Of a stretch of DNA of 64,000 bases, positions 27,834 to 36,603 are shown piece by piece. Below the pieces are notes generated by a model. That model saw only the letters and a list, made by a program, of their open reading frames with translations. It was not told the DNA's origin and did not search any database. This DNA comes from Segatella copri (lineage in GTDB: Bacteria; Bacteroidota; Bacteroidia; Bacteroidales; Paludibacteraceae): NCBI GenBank assembly GCA_963593685.1, contig CAVBBP010000003.1, forward strand, positions 3,861-67,860. Reading direction: 5' to 3'. Within the stretch, counting starts at the first letter, position 1, and each line of letters starts with the position of its first letter. The translations under genes were made by a program, and so were the position numbers.

Positions 27834-28685
27834 ATGACTAAAATTGCCAACGCCTTCTATTCGTGGAAATTTATTTTCGCTTGGGTGCTCTGCATCACGC
27901 TTTGGACGGTGCTTTTCCCAGTTATCTATATGCCCACATTCGGTTGGCCTTACGAAATTATTTGGGACTCGCACGCCACATTTCGCATCTCGATACTCAC
28001 CGCCATCGTCTTTGGTGTAACGCTGGTGAGCCGCCTATTGCTCTATTTCTGCACGCGCCACAACCACCTGACCATCTTCGAACACATCGTTTGGCTGCTG
28101 TGCGAACTCATTGTGCTGTGCCTTTTTTGCGACCTGTTTCTCGCATTGCACGCGCATTGCGGTTATTTCGACCTGCTGCCAAAAATACTGATGTGTGCCT
28201 CGCTGTCGCTGGTCATTCCCTACGGCATTTTGTGGCTGGCGGGCGAAAAAAGCCAAAGTGATACCACGGTAACCGAAAATGCCGCGCTCATTGCCGACCT
28301 GAAAGCGGGCGCGGAACATGCAGCCGAAAATGCCGTGCGCTTCAGCGACAGCAAAGGCAATGTGAAACTCGCCGTCGATACAAACAGCCTGTTTTATATT
28401 GCATCGGCGGGAAATTATGTCGATATTTGCTACGAAAATCGTGGGAAAATGGCGCGTTACAGTCTGCGCAACTCGATGAAAGGCATCGAAGCGGCCTGCG
28501 AGGCGAACCAGATAGTGCGCTGCCACCGCTCGTACTACATCAATCTGCAAAAAGTGAAACTGATAAAGCACCTCAGCAGCGGTCTTTTCGCCGAACTGAA
28601 CGCCGACGGCATCGACGATATTCCCATCTCGCCCATCTATTCGGGCAGGGTAGTGGAACTATTTTCGGCCTTGGCACCGCAGTGA
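27834..28685 (+). CDS. membrane protein with C-terminal LytTR DNA-binding domain
   Basis: 4-5 N-terminal TM helices; LytTR-like segment SLFYIASAGNYVDICYENRGKMARYSLRNSMKGIE...VRCHRSYYINL. Confidence 0.7.
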   Translation: MTKIANAFYSWKFIFAWVLCITLWTVLFPVIYMPTFGWPYEIIWDSHATFRISILTAIVFGVTLVSRLLLYFCTRHNHLTIFEHIVWLLCELIVLCLFCDLFLALHAHCGYFDLLPKILMCASLSLVIPYGILWLAGEKSQSDTTVTENAALIADLKAGAEHAAENAVRFSDSKGNVKLAVDTNSLFYIASAGNYVDICYENRGKMARYSLRNSMKGIEAACEANQIVRCHRSYYINLQKVKLIKHLSSGLFAELNADGIDDIPISPIYSGRVVELFSALAPQ

Positions 28686-28960
28686 CAGAATTTCAAATTT
28701 CAGAATTTTTAGTCGCAAGATGTGAGTAGCAAGTCGCAAGACAAGTGAGGAATGAGGAATTAGGAGTGAGGAATTTTTTAGTTAGAAGTGAGAAGTGGAA
28801 AACTAAGACGAAAACTTTTGATTAAGACCAAAGGCCTTTCCCCCTCTCGGGGGAAACGGGAAAGGGGGCTACAACTAGAAATAAACCTCACAGACTTTCC
28901 ACAATGCGTTAAACTTATCAACCAATCAACCAATCAACCAATCAACCAGAAATAAAAAAC
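28686..28960 (+). repeat. mosaic repeat block (e-a-b-c-o-p-q)
   Basis: AGTCGCAAGATGTGAGTAGCAAGTCGCAAG 28711..28740, GAGGAATGAGGAATTAGGAGTGAGGAA, p module, AAATAAACCTCACAGAC, AATGCGTTAAACTTATCAACCAATCAACCAATCAACCAATCAACC. Confidence 0.9.
28833..28872 (+). repeat. p module copy (5C/5G type)
   Basis: GGCCTTTCCCCCTCTCGGGGGAAACGGGAAAGGGGGCTAC. Confidence 0.85.
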
Positions 28961-30142
28961 ATGTCCAAAATCAATCTGAATTACGCAAAATTGGAGGAGA
29001 ATTATCTCTTTGTGGAGGTGGCGCAGCGTACCGCCAATTTCCAAAAAGCGCACCCCGAGGCGCATGTGATAAAACTTGGCATTGGCGATGTTACGCGCCC
29101 CATCGCTGCGGTGGCGGCCGACGCTATGATGCGTGCCAACGAGGAGTTGAAACACGCCGAAACATTCCGTGGATACGGCCCCGAACTCGGTTACAAATTT
29201 GCCAAAGCCGCCGTGCAACGCTACTACGCACGCCGTGGCGTGGCGGTCGATTTCGACGAACTGACCATCGGCGACGGCATCGGCTCCGATTTGGCTAACA
29301 TCACCGACCTGTTTGCGTCGGACAACGCTGTGCTGATTCCCGACCCCGTCTATCCGCTCTACAAAGCCACTTCGATAATGGACGGACAGCGTTTGACCTA
29401 CCTCGAATGTTCGGCCGAAAACAATTTTTTGCCCACACCGCCCGATTTCCCGTCGGATATGATTTACCTCTGCTCGCCCAACAACCCCACAGGTGCCACA
29501 TTCGACCATCAGCAACTGAAAGCGTGGGTCGATTATGCCAATGCGTGCGGCGCAATCATCTTGTACGACGCCGCCTACGAGCGTTTCATCACCGAGGCCG
29601 ACAAACCGCATTCCATCTTCGAACTCGACGGAGCGCGAACCTGCGCCATCGAGTTTTGCAGTATGTCGAAAACAGCGGGATTCACCAGCGTGCGCAGCGG
29701 TTGGACTTTTGTGCCGAAAGAACTTGTGCGCGACGGCATGAGCCTGAATCGCATGTGGCAACAACGCCAATCGACCAAATACAACGGTTCGCCTTACGCC
29801 ACGCAGCGCGGTTTGGAAGCCGCCCTGTCGGACGACGGTCTGCGTCAATCCGACGAAAATATCGCCTACTACAAGCAAAATGTGAAGACCATAACCGATG
29901 TACTCGACCGAAAAGGCATTTTTTACAGTGGCGGCATCAATTCGCCCTACATTTGGTTGCGCTGCCCGAACGGTATGTGCTCGTGGGACTTTTTCGATTG
30001 GTTGCTGAACACCGCGCAAGTAGTCGGTACGCCGGGCGTTGGGTTTGGTCAGCACGGCGAAGGTTTTTTCCGCCTTTCGACCTTCAACACGCACGAAGCC
30101 ACCCAAGAGGCCATGGCGCGAATAGAGCGACTGATAGATTGA
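28961..30142 (+). CDS. dapL: LL-diaminopimelate aminotransferase
   Basis: N-terminal NLNYAKLEENYLF, PLP-lysine context CSMSKTAGFTSVRSGWT, ~390 aa. Confidence 0.8.
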   Translation: MSKINLNYAKLEENYLFVEVAQRTANFQKAHPEAHVIKLGIGDVTRPIAAVAADAMMRANEELKHAETFRGYGPELGYKFAKAAVQRYYARRGVAVDFDELTIGDGIGSDLANITDLFASDNAVLIPDPVYPLYKATSIMDGQRLTYLECSAENNFLPTPPDFPSDMIYLCSPNNPTGATFDHQQLKAWVDYANACGAIILYDAAYERFITEADKPHSIFELDGARTCAIEFCSMSKTAGFTSVRSGWTFVPKELVRDGMSLNRMWQQRQSTKYNGSPYATQRGLEAALSDDGLRQSDENIAYYKQNVKTITDVLDRKGIFYSGGINSPYIWLRCPNGMCSWDFFDWLLNTAQVVGTPGVGFGQHGEGFFRLSTFNTHEATQEAMARIERLID

Positions 30143-30472
30143 GAATTAGTCGCAAGAATTTTGGAATAAAGAGTAAGGACAAAAGAATAAAGACTTTTTT
30201 AATTATCCAATTATCTAATTTCCAATTATTTAATTAGAAAAAAATGGCGGCTTTGTTGAGCGCACCTAATTCTTAATTCTTAATTCAAAATTCTTAATTA
30301 GACGCATGGCTTTTCCCCCTTCGGGGGAAACGGGAAAGGGGGCTACAACCAGAAACTTGAAACTAGAAATAGAAAACGCTTCAACAAAACTCTGAAATTC
30401 TGAAACGCTGAAACACTGAAACCGTGCGAAGCGCGAGAAATAACCAAATCCCCAACTCCCCAAATCCCCCAC
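30143..30472. repeat. mosaic repeat block (a-o-s-r reversed-p-l-u-j-i)
   Basis: TTAGTCGCAAG, AATAAAGAGTAAGGACAAAAGAATAAAGAC, ATCCAATTATCTAATTTCCAATTATTTAATTA, CTTAATTCTTAATTC, p module, CTGAAATTCTGAAACGCTGAAACACTGAAAC. Confidence 0.85.
30308..30346 (+). repeat. p module copy (5C/5G type)
   Basis: GGCTTTTCCCCCTTCGGGGGAAACGGGAAAGGGGGCTAC, identical to the copy at 3562. Confidence 0.85.
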
Positions 30473-30515
30473 ACAAAAAAAAGCAGCCGCACTCCGCATT
30501 GTGCCACCGCTTTTT
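30473..30515 (-). terminator. intrinsic terminator of the lipoprotein gene
   Basis: Minus strand reads AGCGGTGGCAC-AATGCGGA-GTGCGGCTGCT (about 10 pairs including G-U, one mismatch) followed by TTTTTTTT. Confidence 0.55.
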
Positions 30516-30541
30516 ATTAGAAAAAATCGAATCTCGGTTCG

Positions 30542-31570
30542 TTATCGGCGTGCGCCTTTGTGTTTGCGTGGTGCTGAGTTTGCCGTTTGGGTCGAGTCTT
30601 GCCGATTGTACTCCTCGAGTGCGAATTTTCCTCGGTAGGAGAAATGAATCTCGGAGCCGTAGTGCGTTTTCACCTCGCCCGCAAGGTCGATAATTGCCGA
30701 ATCGGGATACGACACCGTGATTTGGCCGCTATCGTAGTAGTAGGTGTCTTTCCACTCCTCGCTACCCTCGATATAAACGCCCATGTACGAGGTCAAATCC
30801 TGATTATAACTCACAATATAACCTTCCGATGCAGCCACAGTGCCAGATTTGTAGGTGTCGCTTATCGGATAAACGCCCGCCAAAAGTGCCGAATCGACAA
30901 AAAATGTGATGTTCATAAAGGTCTTTTTGTTGTCGAGAAAAACCTGCACCTCTTTGAAATCTTTGATGTCGTCGTAACCGAGAAATTCGGTATACACCTC
31001 GTTAAACACCGTTTTTTCGGTGGGTTCGTAGCCCCAACGCTGGTCGAAACCGGCAATGGCGGTGGCGGTCATCACATAGACCACGCCATCGTAGGTGAGC
31101 CGCCCATCGAGGTCGTACTTGTCGCCGTTCATGCCCACGGTGATGCACATGATGTCGGGCACCAAAAAGTCTTTCGACTGCGACGATGGCGTGTAGTTGG
31201 GCAGAAAATTGCAATACCGCTGGCGCATTGTGCCTTCGGATAGCGAAAAATGCCCCACAAACGAAGCCTCTGTCGGAATCACGCAAAATGTGGCGTAATA
31301 CTCCACGCCGTCTTTGTCTTTGCCCACCAACACAAGGTTGTAGTCGCCGTTTGGCTTGTAGTAGTCCACGAAACCGAAAGTGCGAACGGCAATCATCACC
31401 GTGTCGCCCTTGGTATGCACATGCGTGCTGTCCCTTTGGGTGCTGTCTTTTGCGATACTGTCCGTTGGAGTGGGCTTTTCGGGGTTCGGTTCTTGTGTTT
31501 TTTTGGGGTTGCAACCTGCCCAAAAGAGTGTTGCGGCTACTGTTGCCACAACAAAAAGAGTTCTCTTCAT
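30542..31570 (-). CDS. hypothetical lipoprotein
   Basis: MKRTLFVVATVAATLFWAGC lipobox, low-complexity linker, then ~290 aa with no motif I recognise. Confidence 0.7.
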   Translation of the reverse strand: MKRTLFVVATVAATLFWAGCNPKKTQEPNPEKPTPTDSIAKDSTQRDSTHVHTKGDTVMIAVRTFGFVDYYKPNGDYNLVLVGKDKDGVEYYATFCVIPTEASFVGHFSLSEGTMRQRYCNFLPNYTPSSQSKDFLVPDIMCITVGMNGDKYDLDGRLTYDGVVYVMTATAIAGFDQRWGYEPTEKTVFNEVYTEFLGYDDIKDFKEVQVFLDNKKTFMNITFFVDSALLAGVYPISDTYKSGTVAASEGYIVSYNQDLTSYMGVYIEGSEEWKDTYYYDSGQITVSYPDSAIIDLAGEVKTHYGSEIHFSYRGKFALEEYNRQDSTQTANSAPRKHKGARR

Positions 31571-31818
31571 AATAAGTTAATAAATGTTAAATTTTAGTTA
31601 AAATTTGGCTTTGCAGTTGCACTCCGAAAATGCGGAAAGAGTGTAATGCGCCGCAAAATTAGCGCAGCGCCACGACATAAACAAGCAGATTAACAAAATT
31701 TTAGTCGTTTGGCACGCTTTTTGACGATATTTATGAAATTTCATTTCTGATTGTGTTAAACTATCTTAAATCGCCATTTTCACTTGTTGCAAACTTGCTT
31801 TTATCGAAAACTTTTTTC

Positions 31819-31826
31819 TACCTTTG
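31819..31826 (+). promoter_or_regulatory. -7 box TACCTTTG about 400 nt upstream of gene 32231
   Basis: TTCTACCTTTGCAGC; no other TAnnTTTG lies between it and ATG 32231, and the whole interval is a repeat block. Confidence 0.4.
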
Positions 31827-31839
31827 CAGCCCAAAAAAA

Positions 31840-32215
31840 GTTTATAGGTTATATGTTAGCGTTTATCGTTTATAGAACATAGAAGATAGAACATAGAGCA
31901 TAGACAAAATAGTGTGAAAGTGAGAAGGTATGAAAGTACGAAAGTAGGAACGCACCGAGTGTGTCCGAGTAAAATTAACGATAAAAAAATGAACAATGAA
32001 TAATAGTTGTGGCTTTTGGGATACCGAAAATTTGAAATTCTGAATTTTTGCGATAAGCGAGCGCAGTGCCAAACTTGTTTGAGCAATGCCGAACGGAGCA
32101 AAAATCAAATAAAATTTGAAATTCTGAAATTACATTTCTTGCGACTTGCTACTCATATCTTGCGACTATTTAGAAACTGCGCACAGCGCAAACACAGTAT
32201 TAACAGTATTATTTT
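31840..32215. repeat. mosaic repeat block (n, m reversed, g variant, e/f/a reversed, j)
   Basis: TTTATAGGTTATATG...AGAACATAGAAGATAGAACATAGA; GGAACGCACCGAGTGTGTCC 31946..31965; reversed f core; CTTGCGACTTGCTACTCATATCTTGCGACT 32138..32167. Confidence 0.85.
32042..32114 (-). repeat. f core copy 2
   Basis: GAATTTTTGCGATAAGCGAGCGCAGTGCCAAACTTGTTTGAGCAATGCCGAACGGAGCAAAAATCAAATAAAA. Confidence 0.9.
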
Positions 32216-32230
32216 TAGGTAAAAAAAACT

Positions 32231-33511
32231 ATGAAAAAGATTTGGACTATTGTGGCAGCAATGGCGGCGACGCTTTGCGCCACGGCACAAAACAGTGAAA
32301 ATGGCCACGAGTGGGTCGATCTCGGTCTGCCGAGCGGCCTGAAATGGGCAACAATGAATGTGGGCGCAACCACGCCCGAAGGTTATGGAAATGCCTACGC
32401 TTGGGGCGAAACCGAACCGAAAACAAGGTACGATTTCACAACCTACAAATACGGCGACGGCACAACTTTTAGCAAGTACAACAGTACCGACGGCAAAGAG
32501 GTGCTCGACCTCGAGGACGACGCTGCACGAGTGAATTGGGGTGGCTCGTGGCGCATGCCTACCGCTGCCGATTTTGAAGAACTTTTGAACAACTGCACAT
32601 GGATTTACAACGAATCCAATGGCGGTTACACGGTGCAGGGGAGCAATGGTAACACCATTTTTTTGCCGAAAACGAACTTCTACTATGGCACGAATCCGTC
32701 TGATTGGGCAGGTTTCTACCGCACAAGTAATTTGAGCGACACTCAATGGAAAGCGTCCAAGTATTTTGCCCATTGGGATCCTGAATGGGGACAGAACGGT
32801 ATTGCTGCTATTGATATTGAGCGTGGACACGGCATGGCGGTGCGTCCAGTCTGCATTCCCACCAAGTGGTACGCTGTAGAGGTTAAAACCGATTTGGAAG
32901 GTGGCTCTGTTACTGCCGATTTTCTAAAAGCCAAAGAGGACGACCTCGTTACGCTGACCATCGCACCTGCCAGTGGCTACGAACTCGCCAAAATCGAGGT
33001 AAAAGACGCTGACAACCAAGCAGTTGAACTCAACGGCAACAAATTTACCATGCCAGCAAGCGCAGTTACGGTGCGTGCCGAGTTTGTGAAAACGAATTAC
33101 ACCATTACCGTTGCTGAAATCGAAAATGGCACTGTGGAAGCCAACCACCAAACGGCGCAACTCGGCGACGAAATTACGCTGACCATCAAAGCCGCTACTG
33201 GCTACGAACTTGCCAAAATCGAGGTAAAAGACGCTGACAATCAAGCGGTTGAACTTGACGGCGACAAATTTACCATGCCAGCCAGCGCAGTTAAGGTGAG
33301 TGCGGTATTCAAACGCCAAACGCCCACTTCGCTCCAAAGTGCGGAAACGGTCGCTATCTACACCGAAAACGGCCGCATTGTCTGTGAGCAGGAGTTCCGC
33401 ATCTACGACCTATTCGGTCACGATGTTACACGCATGAATGGTTCGCTGAACGGTGTTTATATCGTGAAATTTGGAGAGAAGGCGCAGAAAGTGATTGTTA
33501 GTCGCAAGTAG
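32231..33511 (+). CDS. T9SS-secreted surface protein (lectin-like N-domain, two tandem beta-repeat domains, C-terminal sorting domain)
   Basis: Signal peptide MKKIWTIVAAMAATLCATAQ; SWRMPTAADFEELL as in FISUMP/DUF1566-type domains; two ~75-aa repeats GYELAKIEVKDADNQAVEL.G.KFTMPASAV; tail NGVYIVKFGEKAQKVIV typical of a T9SS CTD. Confidence 0.7.
   Translation: MKKIWTIVAAMAATLCATAQNSENGHEWVDLGLPSGLKWATMNVGATTPEGYGNAYAWGETEPKTRYDFTTYKYGDGTTFSKYNSTDGKEVLDLEDDAARVNWGGSWRMPTAADFEELLNNCTWIYNESNGGYTVQGSNGNTIFLPKTNFYYGTNPSDWAGFYRTSNLSDTQWKASKYFAHWDPEWGQNGIAAIDIERGHGMAVRPVCIPTKWYAVEVKTDLEGGSVTADFLKAKEDDLVTLTIAPASGYELAKIEVKDADNQAVELNGNKFTMPASAVTVRAEFVKTNYTITVAEIENGTVEANHQTAQLGDEITLTIKAATGYELAKIEVKDADNQAVELDGDKFTMPASAVKVSAVFKRQTPTSLQSAETVAIYTENGRIVCEQEFRIYDLFGHDVTRMNGSLNGVYIVKFGEKAQKVIVSRK
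32951..33294 (+). repeat. intragenic tandem duplication (two ~119-nt near-identical segments 225 nt apart)
   Basis: 32951..33069 and 33176..33294 share ACGCTGACCATC...GGCTACGAACTYGCCAAAATCGAGGTAAAAGACGCTGACAAYCAAGC...AAATTTACCATGCCAGC. Confidence 0.85.
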
Positions 33512-33940
33512 CAAGAAGCAAGTAGCAAGAAAAGATTTTTAGAACATAGAAGATAGAACATAGATTGTAGAGCCGTCACAATGTGGCGGCTCTGCTGTTT
33601 TTTGTTATGCAGAAGGCGCTGGGAACCGCCTAATTCGCTACGCGCCCAACAACATCACACAATTCAAAATTCTTAATTGGATGCAATTCTGTCCCCCTGC
33701 TTGAAGCGAAGCGGAAAGATAGGGGGACGAGCGAAGCGGAGGGGGTTGAAAAATCAAATCTCCAAATAACCAAATCCACAAATCACCAAAAAAGGACGTG
33801 GCATGCCGCGTCCCTACTTTCAACTTTATGAACTTTACAAACTTTCCACTTTATAGACTTTATACACTTTCAAACTTTCAAACTTTCCACACTTTACAAA
33901 CTTTTTCCGAAAAACATTTGGTGGTTACGAAAGAAAAGCG
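33499..33940. repeat. mosaic repeat block (a-n-r-p variant-i-g variant-m)
   Basis: TAGTCGCAAGTAGCAAGAAGCAAGTAGCAAG covers the stop codon; palindrome GGACGTGGCATGCCGCGTCC 33794..33813; a long ACTTT-word array ends at the rpsO promoter. Confidence 0.85.
33567..33603 (+). terminator. intrinsic terminator of gene 32231..33511
   Basis: GTAGAGCCG-TCACAATGTGG-CGGCTCTGC followed by TGTTTTTT. Confidence 0.7.
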
Positions 33941-33948
33941 TACCTTTG
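33941..33948 (+). promoter_or_regulatory. -7 box TACCTTTG with -33 TTTG (33917..33920) for rpsO
   Basis: 20-bp spacing between TTTG and TAnnTTTG matches the Bacteroides promoter consensus; 53 nt upstream of the ATG. Confidence 0.7.
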
Positions 33949-34000
33949 CAGTCCCAAAATGGGGCAAAAAAAATTATTTAATCATTAGTTTTTATTTTCT

Positions 34001-34270
34001 ATGTATTTAGACGCAGAAAAAAAACAGGAGATCTTCGGCAAATACGGAAAGTCTAACACTGACACGGGTTCCCCCGAATCGCAGATTGCTTTGTTTTCCT
34101 ACCGTATCAGCCATTTGACTGAACACTTGAAGTCAAATCACAAAGATCATAGCACGCAACGCTCTTTGCGTATGTTGGTGGGCAAACGCCGTCGCCAACT
34201 CGACTACCTGAAACAGGTGGATATCGAGCGTTACCGCGCTATCATCAAGGAACTCGGTTTGAGACGATAA
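34001..34270 (+). CDS. rpsO: 30S ribosomal protein S15
   Basis: 89 aa, SPESQIALFSYRISHLTEHLK, GKRRRQLDYL. Confidence 0.97.
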   Translation: MYLDAEKKQEIFGKYGKSNTDTGSPESQIALFSYRISHLTEHLKSNHKDHSTQRSLRMLVGKRRRQLDYLKQVDIERYRAIIKELGLRR

Positions 34271-34293
34271 CCGCTTCCTGCGCGAAACAAAAG

Positions 34294-34324
34294 GCACTCC
34301 GAAACTCTTGGAGTGCTTTTTTTT
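34294..34324 (+). terminator. intrinsic terminator of rpsO
   Basis: GCACTCC-GAAACTCTT-GGAGTGC followed by TTTTTTTT. Confidence 0.8.
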
Positions 34325-34565
34325 GTGCCGCCATCGCCGCTTGTGTTAATTTTTTTTGTAACTTTGTGCTTTTATTAGTCGCAAGATGTGAGTAGCAAGA
34401 TAAATTAGGAGTTAGGAATGAGGAATGAGGAGTTTTTTTAGTGAGAAGTTAGAAGTGAATTTAATTACCCAATTATCTAATTTCCAATTATTTAATTAAT
34501 TTTTGGAAGCGTTTTGGAATGCGAAAACTCATAATTCAAAATTCATAATTCATAATTTCCCAAAA

Positions 34566-34606
34566 GGCTTTTCCCCTTTTGGGAAAACGGGAAAAGAGGC
34601 CGTAAC
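34566..34606 (+). repeat. p module copy (4C/4G type)
   Basis: GGCTTTTCCCCTTTTGGGAAAACGGGAAAAGAGGCCGTAAC. Confidence 0.8.
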
Positions 34607-34623
34607 CAGAAACTAGAAATTAG

Positions 34624-34688
34624 AATTTTTTCGATAAGCGAGCGCAGTGCCAAACTCGTTTGAGCAATGCCGAGCGGAGAAAAAATCT
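34624..34688 (-). repeat. f core copy 3
   Basis: AATTTTTTCGATAAGCGAGCGCAGTGCCAAACTCGTTTGAGCAATGCCGAGCGGAGAAAAAATC. Confidence 0.9.
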
Positions 34689-34786
34689 ATAAATTAGAAA
34701 TAAACCTCACAGACCCTTATTGATGCGTTAAACTAATCAACTCATCAACCAATCAACTCATCAACCAAAAATTAAACCAACCACTT

Positions 34787-35998
34787 ATGCATATATTCTA
34801 CAACTTTGCAATGCGCCTGATGCAGGCTTTTGTGGCTGTGGCAGCCCCGTTCGATGCAAAACTGTATGCGCGCCATCGTGGTGGGCGCGAGGCTTTCGAG
34901 GTTCTCCGCCGTGCTGGCACTACGGGCTATGTGTGGTTTCACGCGGCCTCGCTCGGCGAGTTCGAACAGGCACGCCCGATGATTGAACGCCTACGCCGCA
35001 ACGACCCCAACCGAAAAATTCTGCTGACCTTTTTTTCGCCGTCTGGCTACGAGGTGCGCAAAAACTACGATCAAGTGGATTTGGTCTGCTATTTGCCGTT
35101 CGATACGCCCGAAAATGTGCGCCGTTTTCTCGACTTGGTGCAGCCCGAAAAGGCAATTTTTGTGAAATACGAATTTTGGGCGAACTACCTTTTGGAACTC
35201 AAACGCCGCGCCATACCAACCTATATTATTTCATCGATTTTCCGCCCGAAACAGATATTTTTCAAATCGTATGGCGCATTTTTTCGGAGTTTATTACACT
35301 GTTACACAACGCTTTATGTGCAGAACGAAGCCTCGAAACAGTTGCTCGAAAAACATGGCATCACCAATGTGGTTGTGGGCGACGACACCCGTTTCGACCG
35401 TGTGGCCGACATTGCCGCTGCCGCCAAAGATCTGCCCATCGCTGCCGCTTTTGCTGCCGATAACAAAGTGCTTGTAGCAGGCAGCACTTGGGAACCCGAC
35501 GAAGATCTGCTCACGCGCTACATCAACGCCAACAAAGACATTTGCCGCATGGTGATTGCGCCGCATGTGGTTTCGCCGCTGCATATCGAACGGCTTTGCG
35601 CCAAACTGCGCTGCAATTTTGTGCTTTATTCGCACACCACGCCCGAGGAGGCTGCCAAAGCCAACTGCCTTGTGGTCGATACGATTGGCGTGCTGTCGTC
35701 GCTCTACCGCTATGGGCGCGTGGCGTATGTGGGCGGCGGTTTTGGCGTGGGCATACACAATACGCTCGAAGCCGCTGTGTGGCAGATTCCCGTTGTTTTC
35801 GGGCCTAACTACGCTAAATTCCGCGAAGCAAACGACCTGATTGCTTGCGGAGGCGGCTTTTGCGTGCGCTCGTACCGCCATCTCGAAGATTGCATCACGG
35901 CACTGCTCATCGACCACGACGCAGGCCAACGCGCTGGCGAATATGTCAGAAAACATGTAGGCGCAACTGAAAAAATTTCGAAAGAAATTTTTTCTTAA
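34787..35998 (+). CDS. waaA: 3-deoxy-D-manno-octulosonic acid (Kdo) transferase
   Basis: WFHAASLGEFEQARPMIERL, GGSF/GGGF-type C-terminal GT30 fold, ~400 aa. Confidence 0.85.
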   Translation: MHIFYNFAMRLMQAFVAVAAPFDAKLYARHRGGREAFEVLRRAGTTGYVWFHAASLGEFEQARPMIERLRRNDPNRKILLTFFSPSGYEVRKNYDQVDLVCYLPFDTPENVRRFLDLVQPEKAIFVKYEFWANYLLELKRRAIPTYIISSIFRPKQIFFKSYGAFFRSLLHCYTTLYVQNEASKQLLEKHGITNVVVGDDTRFDRVADIAAAAKDLPIAAAFAADNKVLVAGSTWEPDEDLLTRYINANKDICRMVIAPHVVSPLHIERLCAKLRCNFVLYSHTTPEEAAKANCLVVDTIGVLSSLYRYGRVAYVGGGFGVGIHNTLEAAVWQIPVVFGPNYAKFREANDLIACGGGFCVRSYRHLEDCITALLIDHDAGQRAGEYVRKHVGATEKISKEIFS

Positions 35999-36004
35999 AA
36001 AAAA

Positions 36005-36040
36005 GGTTGATCAGTTGATTAGTTGATCGGTTGATCAGTT
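36005..36040 (-). repeat. short q-word array (reversed)
   Basis: GGTTGATCAGTTGATTAGTTGATCGGTTGATCAGTT. Confidence 0.7.
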
Positions 36041-36088
36041 AAATGATTCTACAATTTTTCCTGCAATTTTTGTCAAATAGAAAGGAAT

Positions 36089-36493
36089 ATGAATTTTCTC
36101 GGTTATAGAAAATTGGTTGCATATCAACAAGCGTTGGAGGTTGTGAAACTTGTTTATACACTTGTGAAAAAATTTCCGAAAGAAGAACAATTCGCATTGT
36201 GCAGCCAACTTCGTCGTGCTGCGGTATCGGTTACATCGAACATTGCCGAAGGCGTTTCGCGATATTCGTATAAGGATAAAATTCATTTTTTAGAAATCGC
36301 ATTTGGTTCGTTAATGGAAGTTATGAGCCAAATAGAAATTGCCACAGAAATGGGCTATATTTCTGTAGATGATATGGGAAATATTGAAAATCATATAAAT
36401 AAAGCAGCGCAACTTATTACAAGTTTGCAGTTTAGTTTCATGAAAAAAGATGAAAATGGGAATATAGTTAAACCACATTCAAAAGAAAATTAA
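36089..36493 (+). CDS. four-helix-bundle protein (23S rRNA IVS protein / Avd-like family)
   Basis: YRKLVAYQQALEVVKLVYTLVKKFPKEEQFALCSQLRRAAVSVTSNIAEG is the family signature; AT-rich relative to neighbours. Confidence 0.75.
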   Translation: MNFLGYRKLVAYQQALEVVKLVYTLVKKFPKEEQFALCSQLRRAAVSVTSNIAEGVSRYSYKDKIHFLEIAFGSLMEVMSQIEIATEMGYISVDDMGNIENHINKAAQLITSLQFSFMKKDENGNIVKPHSKEN

Positions 36494-36560
36494 ACACTAA
36501 ATAAATGCTCATAATTAACCCAATAACCAACTTAATCTAATTGCTTAAGACTTCCACTAA

Positions 36561-36596
36561 ACCGTTAAACTAATCAACTAATCAACTAATCAACTC
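36561..36596 (+). repeat. short q-module array
   Basis: ACCGTTAAACTAATCAACTAATCAACTAATCAACTC directly before ATG 36604. Confidence 0.75.
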
Positions 36597-36603
36597 AAAA
36601 AAC

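Larger units (their letters stand above)
34374..34786. repeat. mosaic repeat block (a-b-c-s-r-p-l-f reversed-q)
   Basis: AGTCGCAAGATGTGAGTAGCAAG 34377..34399, TTAGGAGTTAGGAATGAGGAATGAGGAG, CCAATTATCTAATTTCCAATTATTTAATTA, p module (4C type), reversed f core, AAATAAACCTCACAGACCCTTATTGATGCGTTAAAC plus CAAC words up to the waaA ATG. Confidence 0.9.
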
